A DNA stretch of 64,000 nt, from positions 310,001-374,000 of the forward strand of contig NW_026867531.1 of the NCBI RefSeq assembly GCF_020745735.1, given 5' to 3'. Below are positions 24,201 through 36,880 of this stretch, in pieces (within the stretch, counting starts at the first letter, position 1; each line of letters starts with the position of its first letter). Below the pieces are notes generated by a model. It ran no database searches, was not told the DNA's origin, and saw only the letters and a program-made list of their open reading frames with translations. Origin of the DNA: Hemiscyllium ocellatum. Lineage: Eukaryota. The translations under genes and the position numbers were made by a program.

Positions 24201-26143
24201 GCTTGATGTCGGTGGATCTGACTGAGAGCGTTCGGGACACAAACAGGTCATCTATCCTTGAGCGAATAGACCCGTCTGCCCGTGACCAGGTGTATCTACG
24301 CTGCGCTCCATCTGCAGGGGTGATGAAGACGTCGTGCAGCTTGGCATCTTTGACCGTTTCCATCAGGGCTTTGGACGTGGCATCCAGTTTACTGTCCCCC
24401 CACCCTCCGGATCTTCCATCTGCATCAATGATACAGTTGAAGTCTCCGGCCAGAATGACCGGCCTGGATGGAGCCAGCAACAGTGGAAGCTGCTGCAGGA
24501 CGGCCAACCGTTCACTCTTACCCGCTAGGGCGTACACGGTGATTCGTCTCACGGGAGCGTTTCTGTATTTAACATCCGCGACGAGGAGGCGCCCGCCCAC
24601 CACCTCCTTAACCTCGGAGATGGTGAAGTTGCCTCCCCGCAACAGGATACCCAGGCCTGAGGAGCGGTTATCGTTGCCTCCCGACCACACTGACAGCCCA
24701 TGGGCCCACAAGCTCGACCATCTCCTGTAACTGCTGAGGTGTGGTATCCCACACTCCTGCAGAAACAGGACATTAGCTTTGACGTTGGCCAGGAAGGCCA
24801 GCGTTGAAACACATCGCGCAGCAGATTTTATGCTGCCCACATTAATACTGGCAATTTAAATCCCCATTTCTTTTAACAAGTTGTGAGGTTACCCGTGTCC
24901 AATTGCCGCCGGTCCTGCCCCTCTGGGGTAGCTGTCTGCATCCCCATACAGAACACGAACTGCTGGACCCTCGCAGGGCTGAGGTCGCTGTTCAGCTCCT
25001 CACTCGGTCCATTTTCCCGCTCCGGTGTCATCGGGCTGTGACCAGGGTCCACGCTGTCTGCTTCTATATCTGACAGTGGGGCTGTCAGAGGGTCGCTGCT
25101 CCCAGTGACCTGGAGCTGTGTGGGGGTGGGGCCCTCCTGGCTTTTACCTGGTGGGGGTGTGATAGTTTCCCATTGCCTCAGGAGGTCCGTCCCTTGGTTG
25201 GCAGTTGCTGCTCTCCTTTCTCCCCGCAGCACTCTGCCTCTTCTTTTGGTGACGACCCTCCTTACGTCCGTCCTCATCCTCCGAAGAGCTGTCCGTGTCT
25301 TCCCCATGCAGCTGCCTTTTCCCCTGTTTCTGGGAGGTTTTGGCAGCTGGGTGGGTTTCCCTCCTCTTGTTTTGCACCAGGATCCATTCCTCTGCCTCCT
25401 TCTTTCCCTTCTCCACCTCCTCCTCCGCCCGTCCTGTCGGAGCTTTGCTCAGCAGCTCTCCCTCTCCAGTAGCTGGCGTCTGCTCTGCTCCGGCCTGTCC
25501 TTCTTTTTGCGTGCCCCCAGACACCGTTCCCTTGCTGGTTTGTGGCCCACCCCCCGGCCATCTGCGCGTAGGTGGCGGCCCCACGTCTTGGGCAGGCCTT
25601 GTACACGTGGCCCACCTCCCCGCACAGATTGCAGTTTTTTGCCTCCTTGCATTCTTTGGTCGGGTGGCCCTCCTTCTTGCAGTTCCGACATATCGTGACC
25701 TTGCAGTCCGCCGCCATGTGGCCTGACCTCCCACAGGTTCGGCACACTTTCGGCTGCCCTGCGATAAGTCAGGTACTCTCTGCTCCCTCCGATAGCAAAG
25801 CTGGAGAGTGGGTGGAGGATGTTCCCACTGGCATCAACCCTCAGGGTTGCCTTGACCTGTCGTTTGCTAGTCCAGATCCCGAAAGGGTCAACTACATCAG
25901 TGCTTTCTCCCTCAACCTGCTCATATCTCCTCAGGAACGTCAGGACATCAGTTGCTGGAACATAGGGGTTGTACATGTGGATCGTGACAACCCGACTCCT
26001 CTGTGCAGGAAGCACACACAGCGGGACCCCCGACAAGATGGAGAACAGCGGCTCCCCGTCCTTTTCCTTGAAGACCTTCAGGAGCTGCTGGCGTTGCTTC
26101 ACGCTCCTGAAGGTGACATCGAAGTAGCCTGCCCCAGGGAAAT
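21254..26143 (-). mobile_element. Tx1-like (L1 clade) non-LTR retrotransposon, slightly 5'-truncated, disabled by stops and frameshifts
   Basis: ORF1 (26143 to 24873) has three CCHC knuckles (CRTCGRSGHMAADC, CRNCKKEGHPTKEC, CNLCGEVGHVYKAC). ORF2 runs from ATG 24867 (TAA at codon 4) to 21464 with APE (FLQEC, GDFNC, SDH), RT (QGCPLSP, YMDD) and a C-terminal CPRSGC...HLLLEC. AATAAA and A-tail near 21254-21285. TSD gataaagga(tt) at 21245 and 26144. Confidence 0.93.
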
Positions 26144-26810
26144 GATAAAGGATTAGATAACTATCAGGCTGGGAGGGTGAATAGCTGTTAATTGGGACTG
26201 TTAGGGCTAACCATAGGTAATTTGTAATGACAGGCTGTGAGATCAAGGCCTGGTGTGTGGATAGGGCCTTAGGGAATGGGATTGTTAACCTATGTTTAGC
26301 CACTAACTGTCTCCATTGTAAGCTGTTCCCCACCTACATCAATCCACGATTGGAGCTGCCGAGGACACATTCCTCTGGAATATCCTCCCTAACCCTCTCT
26401 GTCCTCCTTTAATTTGTATCTGAAAATAGTTCTGTTTAGTCAACGTTTCCATCATTCATGAAGCACTTTAGGGAGATTTGTCTATGTGAACAGCTCCATA
26501 CAATGCAGGTAGTTGTTGTTAATGTCTGACATTGGGAGAAACAGGAATGAACCCTCTCTCTCGTACCTGATGAACGGCAGCAAAAGCAGAGAATGGTCTG
26601 TGCAGTGATTGATGTCAGTGCAGGCCAACAGGGGGCAGAGGGTGGGACTGGAGGACCAGGCAATGCCAGTTTGTCCTCCAACCAATCAGAGTGAATGAGG
26701 GTATCCTCAACACTGGCATTAAGGAAAGGCACATATAGCAGAGGTTTGAGAAACTGGAGGAGATGAGAGATAGGGAGCATTCTGATGCTGCAGAGGAATT
26801 ATAGAGAGAA

Positions 26811-26902
26811 GGAAGAGTTGTGAGGCTGAATGAGGTGACAGTGATTGGAAGAGTTGTGAGGCTGGATGAGGTGACAGTGATTGGGAGAGTTGTGAGGCTG
26901 GA
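26811..26902. repeat. 36-bp tandem repeat, 2.5 units, in an L2-like fragment
   Basis: ggaagagttgtgaggctg(a/g)atgaggtgacagtgatt at 26811-26846 and 26847-26882, partial to 26902. Confidence 0.85.
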
Positions 26903-26929
26903 GCCATTCACAGGGATAGTGAGGAAACA

Positions 26930-28280
26930 GACCCTGTGGTCTAACCAATCCATGTCGGCCATAACTCCAAACTGAACTAATCGCACCTGCCTCTGCTTGG
27001 TCCACATTCATCCAAGTATTTCCTATTAATGTACTTATCCAAATGTCTTTTAAATATTATAATTGTATTCACAGCTACCACTTCCTCTGGAAGTTCATTC
27101 CACATGGATAAAAATTAAAACATCCCTAATGTCTTTTTTTCAAACCTTTCTCATCTCTTCTCAAAATGTATGCACCCGAGTCTTGAATTCCCTTCCCCCC
27201 GGCCATTCACCTTATCCATACTCTTCATGAATTTATAAACCTCTAATAAGGTCACCCCTGAACTTCCTACGCTGTAGTGAAAAATGTCTCAGCCTCTCCT
27301 TATTACACAATCCTTCCATTCCCATCACCGTCCTGGTAAATCTCTCTGAATCTACTCCAATTTAATAATAGCCTTCCTATAACAGCACAACCAGAACTGG
27401 GCACAGTATTGCAGAAGAGGCCTCACTAACATCCTGTACAACCTCAACAAAGCGACTCCCTCTACTCAAAGGTCTGAACAATGAAGGTAAGTGTGCTAAC
27501 CACCTTCTGAATCATCCTGTCTACACCTGACACAGGCTTCAAAAGACTGAACCCCTCGGTCTCTTTGTTCCATATCACTACACTAGGCCCTACTTTTAAT
27601 TAGTGTAAGTCCTGCCCTCGTTTGTTTTATCAAGATGTAATATTTTGAATTTATTCCAATCCAAAAATCCAATAAAGTCTTTGAGTATAAAGGCAGTAAG
27701 AGTATACTTAAGAGGGAACTCAGGAGGGCAAAATGGGGACAGGAGATAGCTTTGGCAAGTAGGGTTAAGGATAAGCCAAAGGGCTTTTATAATTATGTTC
27801 AGAACAAAAGGCCATCCAGAGAGAGAATACGGTAACTCAAAGATCAGCAAGGCAGCCTATGCATGGAACTGCAGACGATGGGGGAGATACTAAACGAGTA
27901 TTTTGCAATAGTGTTTACTGTGGAGAAGGACATGGGTGAGACAGAATGTGGGGAAATAGATGTTGACATCTTGAAAAATGTCCATATTACAGAGGAGGTG
28001 GTGCTGGGTGAGTGGCTAACGAGCCGGTGCAGGGGAGAAGGATTCACATTTTTGGATCATTGTAATCTCCTCTGGGGTAGAGTTGACCTGCACAAGGATG
28101 GATTGTCCCTGAATTGGAAGGTGTCTAATATCTAGGCAGGGAGACTTGCTAGTGATACTTGGGAAGCATTAAACCAGTGAGGGAGTCCGGGGTAAACCCA
28201 AACAGATAGTGAGAAAAGAGGTAAATCTGAGGCTGGTACAGTTCAGAAGTCAAGCAGTCAAGTGCAAGGCACAGAACGAG
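26930..28280. mobile_element. Cluster of degenerate CR1 fragments (3' end on -, ORF2 and ORF1-esterase pieces on +)
   Basis: CR1 tail text; MGEILNEYF; WLTSRCRGEGFTFLDHCNLLWGRVDLHKDGL. Confidence 0.65.
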
Positions 28281-28309
28281 GTGGGACTGAGCAGTGACTG
28301 AGCAGTGAC

Positions 28310-28820
28310 TGAGTGGCTCAACACTTAAACTCCCCCTCCCACTCTACCAAGAACATGCAGGTCCTTGGACTCCTCCATCGCCAGACCATAGCAACACGAT
28401 GGCTGGAGGAAGAGCGCTTCACCTATCGCCTAGGAACCCTCCAACCACAAGGGATGAACTCAGATTTCTCCAGTTTCCTCATTTCCCCTCCCCCCACCTT
28501 GTCTCAGTCCCAACCCTTGAACTCAGACCACCTTCCTAACCTGCAATCTTCTTCCTGACCTCTCCGCCCCCACCTCCACTCCGGCCTATCACCCTCACCT
28601 TGACCTCCTTCCACCTATCGCATTTCCAACACCCCTCCCCCAAGTCCCTCCTCCCTACCTTTTATCTAAGCCTGCTTGGCACACCTTCCTCATTCCTGAA
28701 GAAGGGCTCATGCCTGAAACATCGATTCTCCTGCTCCTTGGATGCTGCCTGACCTGCTGCACTTTTCCAGCAACACATTTTCAGCTCTGATCTCCAGCAT
28801 CTGCAGTCCTCACTTTCTCC
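28310..28820 (+). mobile_element. 5'-truncated PLE family-A copy (endonuclease C-terminus plus full pLTR and tail)
   Basis: AQHLNSPSHSTKNMQVLGLLHRQTIATRWLEEERFTYRLGTLQPQGMNSDFSSF. Highly similar to 17090-17556. Ends ...ctgcagtcctcactttctcc. Confidence 0.88.
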
Positions 28821-28984
28821 AATGTAATAACAAGGCCTGGTATGTGGGGTAGGGGGTAAAGAAACTAGGACGTGGGAGCATTCAGAACATAAAATTATTG
28901 AATTCGATGTTGAAGCCAGAGGATTGCAGGGTCCCCGAGTGGGAGATGAGGTGTTGTTTTTCTAGCTTGCTTTAAATTGTGGCG

Positions 28985-30340
28985 CTGGAAAAGCACAGCA
29001 GGTCAGGCAGCATCCAAAGAACAGGAGAATCGACGTATTGGGCATATAAGCACTTCATCAGAAATATGGGTGGTGGGGGAAGAGAGGGCTGAGAGATAAA
29101 TAGGGAGGGGTGTGTGGGGTTGGGGGAAGGGAGTTAGGAAGGCAACAGGTAGATGTAGATGGAGGGGTAGTGGTGAGAGGATGGAGTGGATAATTGGAAA
29201 GGAAGATGGACAGGTGGGACAATTCAAGAGGCCAGTGCCGAGTTGGAGGGTTGAATCTGGAATAAGGTGGGGGAGGGGAGACGAGGAAACATTGATGCCG
29301 TGTGGTTGAAAGGTCCCAAGGTGGAAGATGAGGTGTTGTTCCTCCAGGCCTCGGGTGGCTCAAATTTTGGGGTGGAGGACATCTGGGACTTGCATGTCCT
29401 TGGCAGCGTGGTGGCGGGAGGGGGGGTAGCTGATGTGGTCGGCCACAGGGCGGTGGGATTGGTTGGTGCATGTGTCCCAGAAATGTTCCCTGAAATATTC
29501 CACAAGGTGGCGTCCTAACTCCCCAGTGTAGAGGAGACCACATAGAGAGCAACGGACACAATAGGTGAGGTGTTTGGATGGGCAGGGAAATCTCTGTTGG
29601 ATGTGAGAGGATCCTGTGGTGCCTTGGAAGGAGGTGGGGGGAAGGTGTGGGCACAGGTTTTACACTTCTTGCAGTGGCAAGCAAAGGTGCCGGGAGTGGA
29701 GGATGGGTTGGTGGGGAGCATGGATCTAATGAGGGAGTCTCAGAGAGAATGGTCTCTGTGAAATGCTGAAAGGGGTGAGGAGGGAAATATATCTCTGGTG
29801 GGGTCTGATTGTAGGTGGTGGAAATGGTGGAGGATGATGTGTTGTATCTGGGTGGAAGGTGAGGACTAGGGGGATTCCATCTTTGTTGCGGTTGGAGGTG
29901 TTGGGGTTCAAGAGCAGAGATGTGGGAAGTGGAGGAGATACACTGGAAGGTATTGATGACCAAATGGGAGGGGAAATTGCAGTCCTTGAAATCGGAGGCC
30001 ATTTGGTATGTTCTGGAGTGTTCTGCCAGCTTGCATCAAGCTTCACTGGAACACTGCAGTAAGCCTGAGACAGAGATGTTGGCCAGGGAACAGGCTCGTG
30101 TGTTAAAGTGACAAGCAACTGGAAGCTCATGGTCTTTTTTGCAGCAGAACGTAGATCATCAGCCACCATTTCCAGCACCTCCACTGAGATGCTGCCAGAC
30201 ACAGGTTCCTGTCTCCTCCATTAACAGCTATGCACCCTCCCAGCCGGATCGTTATCCACTCCTTTGTCTTTCCAAATGTTCCTGTCTCTCTTTGGGCTCT
30301 GTCCCCACCTATTATTTACTCTTTAACCCCTATCTCCTGC
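28985..30340 (-). mobile_element. Degenerate PLE segments (family-A terminal piece; family-B endonuclease region; inverted pLTR piece at about 30185-30340)
   Basis: TPGTFACHCKKCKTCAHTF linker and KDCNFPSHLVINTFQCISSTSH. Confidence 0.7.
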
Positions 30341-30549
30341 AGTCCAAAGATATGCAGGTTAGGTGAATTGGCCCAGCTAAATTTCCCAAAGTGTTCAGGG
30401 ATGTGCATTAGTCCGGGGAAATGGGGCTGTGTGGGATAAACTTCAGAGGGTGGGTGTGGAATTGTTGGGCCGAAGGGCCAGTTTCCACACTGTCGGGATT
30501 CTAATTTCCCAGCTGTCATCGGTTCTGAGGAAGGGTCACTGGACCCTTG

Positions 30550-31420
30550 GTGTTTGCAGGAGGAGGAAACGGGAAAGGGGGGCGGGGCAGCAGAAACCGG
30601 ATCAAATGTAGACTGGGAGGGTTTAGCTCCACTCTGGGAGTAACGAGATGAATCTAGGGAGAGGTTGTGACAGGAGCCCTCAGACTGTGCTGTGCTCCTC
30701 TTGTACAATGTGGGAAATAAGGGGCACTTCCAGTCTCCCTGACGGCTCTCTGTGCAGGAAGTGTTACTGGGAAACTGCTTTTCAGACCTGGAGCTGTGAG
30801 TGGACTCACTGGAGCATCTGCAATCCTGAGAATGTTTTGGACAGCATGTTTAGTGAGTTAGTCACACTGCAGGTGAGGGTTACACAGGCAGAAAGGGAAT
30901 GGGTCACCATCAGATCAAGCAAAAGGCTCAGGAAGGGAGTGCAGGAGTCCTCAGTGGTCATCCCCTTCCCAAACAGATACCGTATCCCGCTTGGGATTCT
31001 GTTATGGGGGGTTACGGGTGGGGTGGCCTCTCAGGGGAAATCAGCAACAGCCAGGGTCATGACACCACAGAGAGCTGTGCTGCACAGAATGGGAGGAAAG
31101 TGCCATGTGCTCGTGAGAGCAGGAATAAGAGGAGAGATCAGCTGGATGTGTGGCTGGGCAAATGGTGTACCAGAGAAGGGTTTAGATTCTTCAGGCCCTG
31201 GGTCTGTTTCTGGGTTAGGTGGGACCTATACCAGCCTGACTGGTTACCCCTGGGCAGAGCTGGGAGAAATCTCCTCATGGGGGCTTTTGCCAGTTTCATC
31301 GGTGAGGTTGTAACTAACCTGGCAGGGGGATGGGAACTAAAGTGTAGGCTTCGATGGGTCAGATTCAGGTCAGGGAATGGGAGGTAGAATATCAGTGATG
31401 TAGTCAGCGGCTCAGAAAGT
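30550..31420 (+). mobile_element. Degenerate CR1 ORF1
   Basis: VLCSSCTMWEIR...CRKC...LDSMFSELVTLQV and WCTREGFRFFRPW...WDLYQPDWLPL esterase-type segment. Confidence 0.7.
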
Positions 31421-32043
31421 CAAAGGAAAGGAGGATTAAACGAGGATTGAGTCCCTCTTCATCCATCAGTCCTGCCATCCCAGGAATCAGAGTCAACAAA
31501 ATTTATTGTAGATTCCCACCATTTTGCTGAAGCACTTCGACTCAGAGAGTGATACAGCATGAAACACACCCTTCAGTCCAACCCGTCCATGTCTATCAGA
31601 TATCCGAAACTGATCCAGTCCCATTTGGGAGAGTTGGCCGATATCACTCTGAACACTTTCTATTCATGTATCCCTCCAGACGCCTTTTAAATGTTGTAAC
31701 CCTCCATGCATTCATTACTCCTCTGGCAGCTCATTCCATACACACAGCAACCTGCCAGGGAAACGTTTGTCCCTCAGGTCCCTTTTCACTCTTTCCCCTC
31801 TCACCTTAAACCCAATGCCCTGTAGTTTTGAACTCCCCGACACTGGGTGGAAACAAAGTCCTTGACTATTCACCCTGTCTCTGCTCCTCTAATAAGGTAG
31901 CCCCTCAGTCTCTGACGCTCCAGGGCAAAAGCCCCAACCTATACAGCCTCACCCTTTAACTCGTCAGCCCTAACAATAACCTTGTAGATATTTTCTGAAA
32001 CCCTTCAAGTTTATCAAAACAGAGTCATAGAGATGTCTGGAAT

Positions 32044-32371
32044 TCAAATTTTGTGAGAAGATTTGTAGCTCGGGTGCTCGTTGTTGTGGTTCTGTTCGCC
32101 GGGCTGGGAATTTGTGTTGCAGACGTTTTGTCCCCTGTCTCGGTGACATCCTCAGTGCTTGGGAGCCTCCTGTGAAGCGCTTCTGTGATCTTTCCTCCGG
32201 CATTTGTAGTGGTTTGAATCTGCTGCTTCCAGTTGTCAGTTCCAGCTGTCTGTTGCAGTGGCCAGTATATTGGGTCCAGATCGATGTATTTATTGATTGA
32301 ATCTGTGGATGACTGCTATGCCTCTAGGAATTCCCTGGCTGTTCTCTGTTTGGCTTGTCCTATAATAGTAG
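32044..32371 (-). mobile_element. 5'-truncated PLE of a different (Poseidon-like) family with hammerhead motif
   Basis: TIIGQAKQRTAREFLEA*QSSTDSINKYIDLDPIY endonuclease C-terminus. Hammerhead at 32119-32158. Flanking direct repeat tgtctggaat at 32034-32043 and 32372-32381. Confidence 0.7.
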
Positions 32372-33009
32372 TGTCTGGAATGAAAACAGGCACAGAATGG
32401 AAGCCCACGCAAACACACACAGGGAGAATGTGCAATCACCACACAGAGAGTGGAATCGAATCTGGGTCCTCTTGTTGATCAGTGCACTGACCAATACAGG
32501 TCAGCATCCCAAATGAAACCTTCAGCACCTGATCTCCCTGAAACTCCACTTCCGAGGAACTATGCAATTGTTCTGAGCCCTTCAGAGGGATTGAAGGGGA
32601 TGGGGAGAAAACAGGAACAAGGTTGAGTTGAAGATTTTTCAAATAACTGTGTGTCCCCCCCCATCTACTCTTTCCCCCGACCCCAACATTGCAGGGAAAA
32701 GACCTTGTCTATTAACCCTATCCCTGTCACTTCTGATTTTATAAACCTCCTATAAGGTCACCCCTCAGCCTCTGACACTCCAGGGAAAACAGCGTATTCA
32801 ACCTCTCCATGTATCTCAAATCCTCCAATCCCGGTAATATCCATGTAATCGTTTTCTGATGCATTTCAAGTTTCACAATATTGTTTTGATAGGAAGGAGA
32901 CCAGAATTGCATGGAATATTCCAAAAGTGGTCTAACTAACGTCCTTTGCAGCCTCAATATGATCTCCCAACTCCTATACTCAATGCTCTGACCATTAAAG
33001 GAAAGCGTA

Positions 33010-34910
33010 CTAAAAGCCTTCTTGAGAGTTATAAGGTAGCTAGGAAGGATCTAAAGAGAGAGTTAAGAGCAGCGAGGAGGGGACATGAAAAGTCCTTGGT
33101 TGGTAGGATTAGGGAAAACCCAAAGGCTTTCTATAGTTATGTCAGGAATAAAAGAATGACTAGGGTAGGAATAGGTCCAGTCAAGGATAGTAGTGGGAAG
33201 TTGCGTGAGGAGGCTGAAGAAATTGGGGAGACACTGAATGAATACTTTTCATCATATTCACTCAGGAACAGGACATTGTTGACGATGTGAATATTGAGTC
33301 ACAATTAATTAGAATGGATGGCTTTGAGGTATGTAGGGAAGAGGTGTTGGAAATTCTGGAAAGGGTGAAAATAGATAAGTCCCCTGGGCCTGATGGCATT
33401 TATCCTAGGATTCTCTGGGAAGCAAGGGAGGAGATTGCAGAGCCATTGGCCTTGATTTTTATGTCCTCGTTGTCTACAGGAATAGTGCCAGAAGACTGGA
33501 GGATAGCAAATGTGGTTCCCTTGTTCAAGAAGGGGAGTAGGGATAACCCTAGTAACTATAGGTCGATGAGTCTCACTTCTGTTGTGGGCAAAGTCTTAGA
33601 GAGAATTGTAAGGGATAGGATTTATGAACATCTGGATAGGAATAATGTGATCAAGGATACTCAGCATGGTTTTGTGAAGGGCAGGTCGTGCCTCACAAAC
33701 CTTATTGAATTCTTTGAGAAGGTGACTAAGGAGGTGGACGAGGGTAAAGCGGTAGATGTGGTGTATATGGATTTTAGTAAGGCGTTCGATAAGGTTCCCC
33801 ATGGTAGGCTACTGCAAAAACTACGGAGGTATGGCATTGAGGGGGAGTTGGAGGTTTGGATTAGGAATTGGCTGGCTGGAAGGAGACAGAGGGTAGTAGT
33901 TGATGGTAAAGGTTCATCTTGGAGTGCAGTTACCAGCGGTGTTCCACAACGATCTGTTTTGGGACCATTGCTATTTGTCATTTTTATAAATGACCTGGAG
34001 GAGGGGCTAGAAGGTTGGGTGAGCCAGTTTGCGGATGATACGAAAGTCGGTGGAGTTGTTGACAGTGAGGATGTGGCAGGTTACAGCGGGATGGAGATAA
34101 GTTGCAGAGCTGGGCAGAAAGGTGGCAAATGGAGTTCAATGTAGGTAAGTGTGAAGTGATTCACTTTGGTAAGAGTAACAAGAAGATGGGGTACTGGGCT
34201 AATGGTCAGATACTTGGTAGTGTGGATGAGCAGAGGGATCTTGGTGTCCATGTACACAGATCTCTGAAAGTTGCCACCCAGGTAAATAATGCTGTGAAGA
34301 AGGCATATGGCGTACTGGCTTTTCTTGGTAGAGGAATTGAGTTCCGGAGTCCTGAGGTCATGTTGCAGTTGTTTAAGACTCTGGTGCGGCCGTATCTCGA
34401 GTATTGTGTGCAGTTTTGGTCGCCATACTATCGGAAGGATGTGGAGGCACTGGAACGGGTGCAGAGGAGTTTTACCAGGATGTTGCCTGGTATGGTCGGA
34501 AGATCATATGAGGAAAGGCTGAGGCACTTGGGGCTGTTTTCATTGGAGAAAAGAAGGTTTAGGGGTGACTTGATAGATGTATACAAGATGATTAGGGTTT
34601 TAGGTAGTGTTGATCATGAGAACCTTTTTCCACGTATGGAGTCAGCTATTACGAGGGGGCACAGCTTTAAATTAAGGGGTGGTAGGTATAGGACAGATGT
34701 TAGGGGTAGATTCTTTGTTCAGTGAGTCATGAGTTCATGGAATGCCTGCCAGAAGCAGTGGTGGACTCTCCCTCTATATGGGCATTTAAACGGGCATTGG
34801 ATAGGTATATGGCGGATAGTGGGCTAGTGTAGGTTAGGTGGGCTTGGATCGGCGCAACATCGAGGGCCAAAGGGCCTGTACTGCGCTGTATTTTTCTATG
34901 TTCTATGTTC
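33010..34910 (+). mobile_element. Young 5'-truncated CR1 LINE (RT nearly intact) with (TTCTATG)n tail
   Basis: ORFs 33287-34144 and 34102-34725 carry all RT motifs (QFADDTK). 3' end ...tttttctatgttctatgttc. Confidence 0.95.
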
Positions 34911-35480
34911 ACTATCCTATCTACCTGTGACTCCACTTTCAAGGAGCTATGAACCTGCACTCCAAGGTTTCTTTGTTCAACAATGCTCCCGAGGACCATA
35001 CCATTAAGTGTATAAGACCTGCTCAGATTTGCGTTTCCAAAATGCAGCACCACACATTTTTCTAAATTAAACTCCACCTGCCACTCCTCAGCCCATTCGC
35101 CTATCAGATTAATGTCCCATTGTATTCTGAGGTCAGCTTTTTCACTGTCCACTACACCTCCAATTTTGGTGTCATGTGCAAAATTACTAACGCCTCCTAT
35201 GTTCACATCCCAATCTCTTATATAAATGACGAGAAAGAGTGGACCCAGCACCAATCCTTGTGACACTCCACTGGTCACAGGCCTGCAGTCTGAAAAGCAA
35301 CCCTCCACCACCACCCTCTGCTTTCTACCTTTGAGTCAGTTCTGTATCCAAATGGCTAGTTCTCCCTGTATTCCATGAGATCTAACCTTGCTAACCGTCT
35401 CCCATGGGAATCTTGCCGAATGCCTTACTGAAGTCCATGTAAATCCTGTCCACCGCTCTGCCCTCATCAATCCTCTTTGT
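34911..35480 (-). mobile_element. CR1 RT fragment
   Basis: TSGVSQGLVLGP...NFAHDTKIGG. Confidence 0.85.
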
Positions 35481-36639
35481 TACTTCTTCCAAAAAATATT
35501 CTAGCAACAGAAAACAGAATGGCACAGCACCCGAATAATTGGCCCACTATGTCTGTGCGGGTCATAATGTTATTCCAAACTAATTCCATCTGCCTGTATA
35601 TGATCCATATCCCTGCCAACCCTTGCCTGCTTATGTGTCTGCCCAAATGCCTCTTGAATGTTGTGATTGTTTCTGTTTTCACCTTCTCCCAGGAGAGTAT
35701 GTTGTAATCACTTACCACCTTCTGCACAAGAAACCTGCCTGACACAACTCCCTTTAAACTTGCACAGATGTTGTTGGAAATGCTCAGCAGGCCATGCAGC
35801 ATCTGTCAAGAAAAATCAGCTAATGTTTCGGGTGTGGTCACTCTTTCTCAGAAACGTTAACTCGAACTTCTCTTCACAGATGCTACAGATCTGCCAACCT
35901 TTTCCAGAAACTTCTTTTTTAATATAGTTTACAGCATCTGCAGTTGTTTCGGTTTTGGTATGCTTTCCTTTATTGGTCAGAGAGTTGAGCGTAGGGATCG
36001 GGAGGTCATATTGCAGTTGCTCAGGACATTGGTTAGGCAACTTTTGGAATGTTCCATGCAACTCTGGTCTCCTTCCTAACAAAACAATATTCTCCAAACG
36101 AAAGGGGTCAGAAAATAATTGTGAGGATGTTGCCAGGGTTGGAGGATTTGAGCTCCAGGAAGAGGCTGAATAGGCTGTTTTCCCTGGAGCATCAGAGGCT
36201 GATGGGTGACCTTACAGAGATTTGTAAAATCAGGAGGGGTATGGATAGGGGAAATAGACAAGGTCTTTTCCTGTGGTGGGGAGTTCAGAACTAGGGGACA
36301 AGGAGGGTGGGGGAACAGGGGTGAGGGGGGAGATGGGAGTACAGTGGGAGGATGGACAGAGAGGCTGGATGGGGCAGACAGAGGGAGCAGGGGGACAGAG
36401 GGGGGCAGGTGGTCTGAGGAGGCAGACAGCGAGGGGGTCTATGTGGAACATGGTGGGGGGGAGCAGACAGGGGGCAACAGAGTGGGAGAGGCGGGATGGA
36501 GAGTTATTTTATAGATCTATACGTCAACCCTGTTCCTGTTTTCTCCCCGTCCCTGAAATCCCTCTGAAGGGCTCAGAACAACTGCATAGTTTCGGGGAGA
36601 TCAGGTGTTGAACGTGGTATTTGGGACACTGACCTTTAT

Positions 36640-36880
36640 TGGTCAGTGCACTGTTCAGTAAAGGGACTCTGGTTCGATTCCACTCACTGTGTGGTGTTTG
36701 CACACTCGCCCTGTGTGTATCTGCGTGGGCTTCCTCTGGGTGCTCTGGTTTCCTCCCACAATCCAAAGATGTGTGCGTTAGGTGGGTTAGCTGTGGGAAA
36801 TGCATTGTTTCACGGAAACTGTTCAATGGTTGGTAAGGTCTCATGGGCTGAATGGCCTCTTTCAATGCTGTAGGGATTCT
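36640..36880 (+). mobile_element. V-SINE, degenerate
   Basis: ggttcgattcc B-box and ggtttcctcccacaatccaaagatgtg. Confidence 0.75.

Noticed and set aside
25100-25750. Several overlapping long ORFs on both strands
   Set aside because: Shadow frames of the GC-rich Tx1 ORF1.
36295-36500. G/A-rich region with possible G-quadruplexes
   Set aside because: Ordinary low-complexity purine tract with no defined unit or context.
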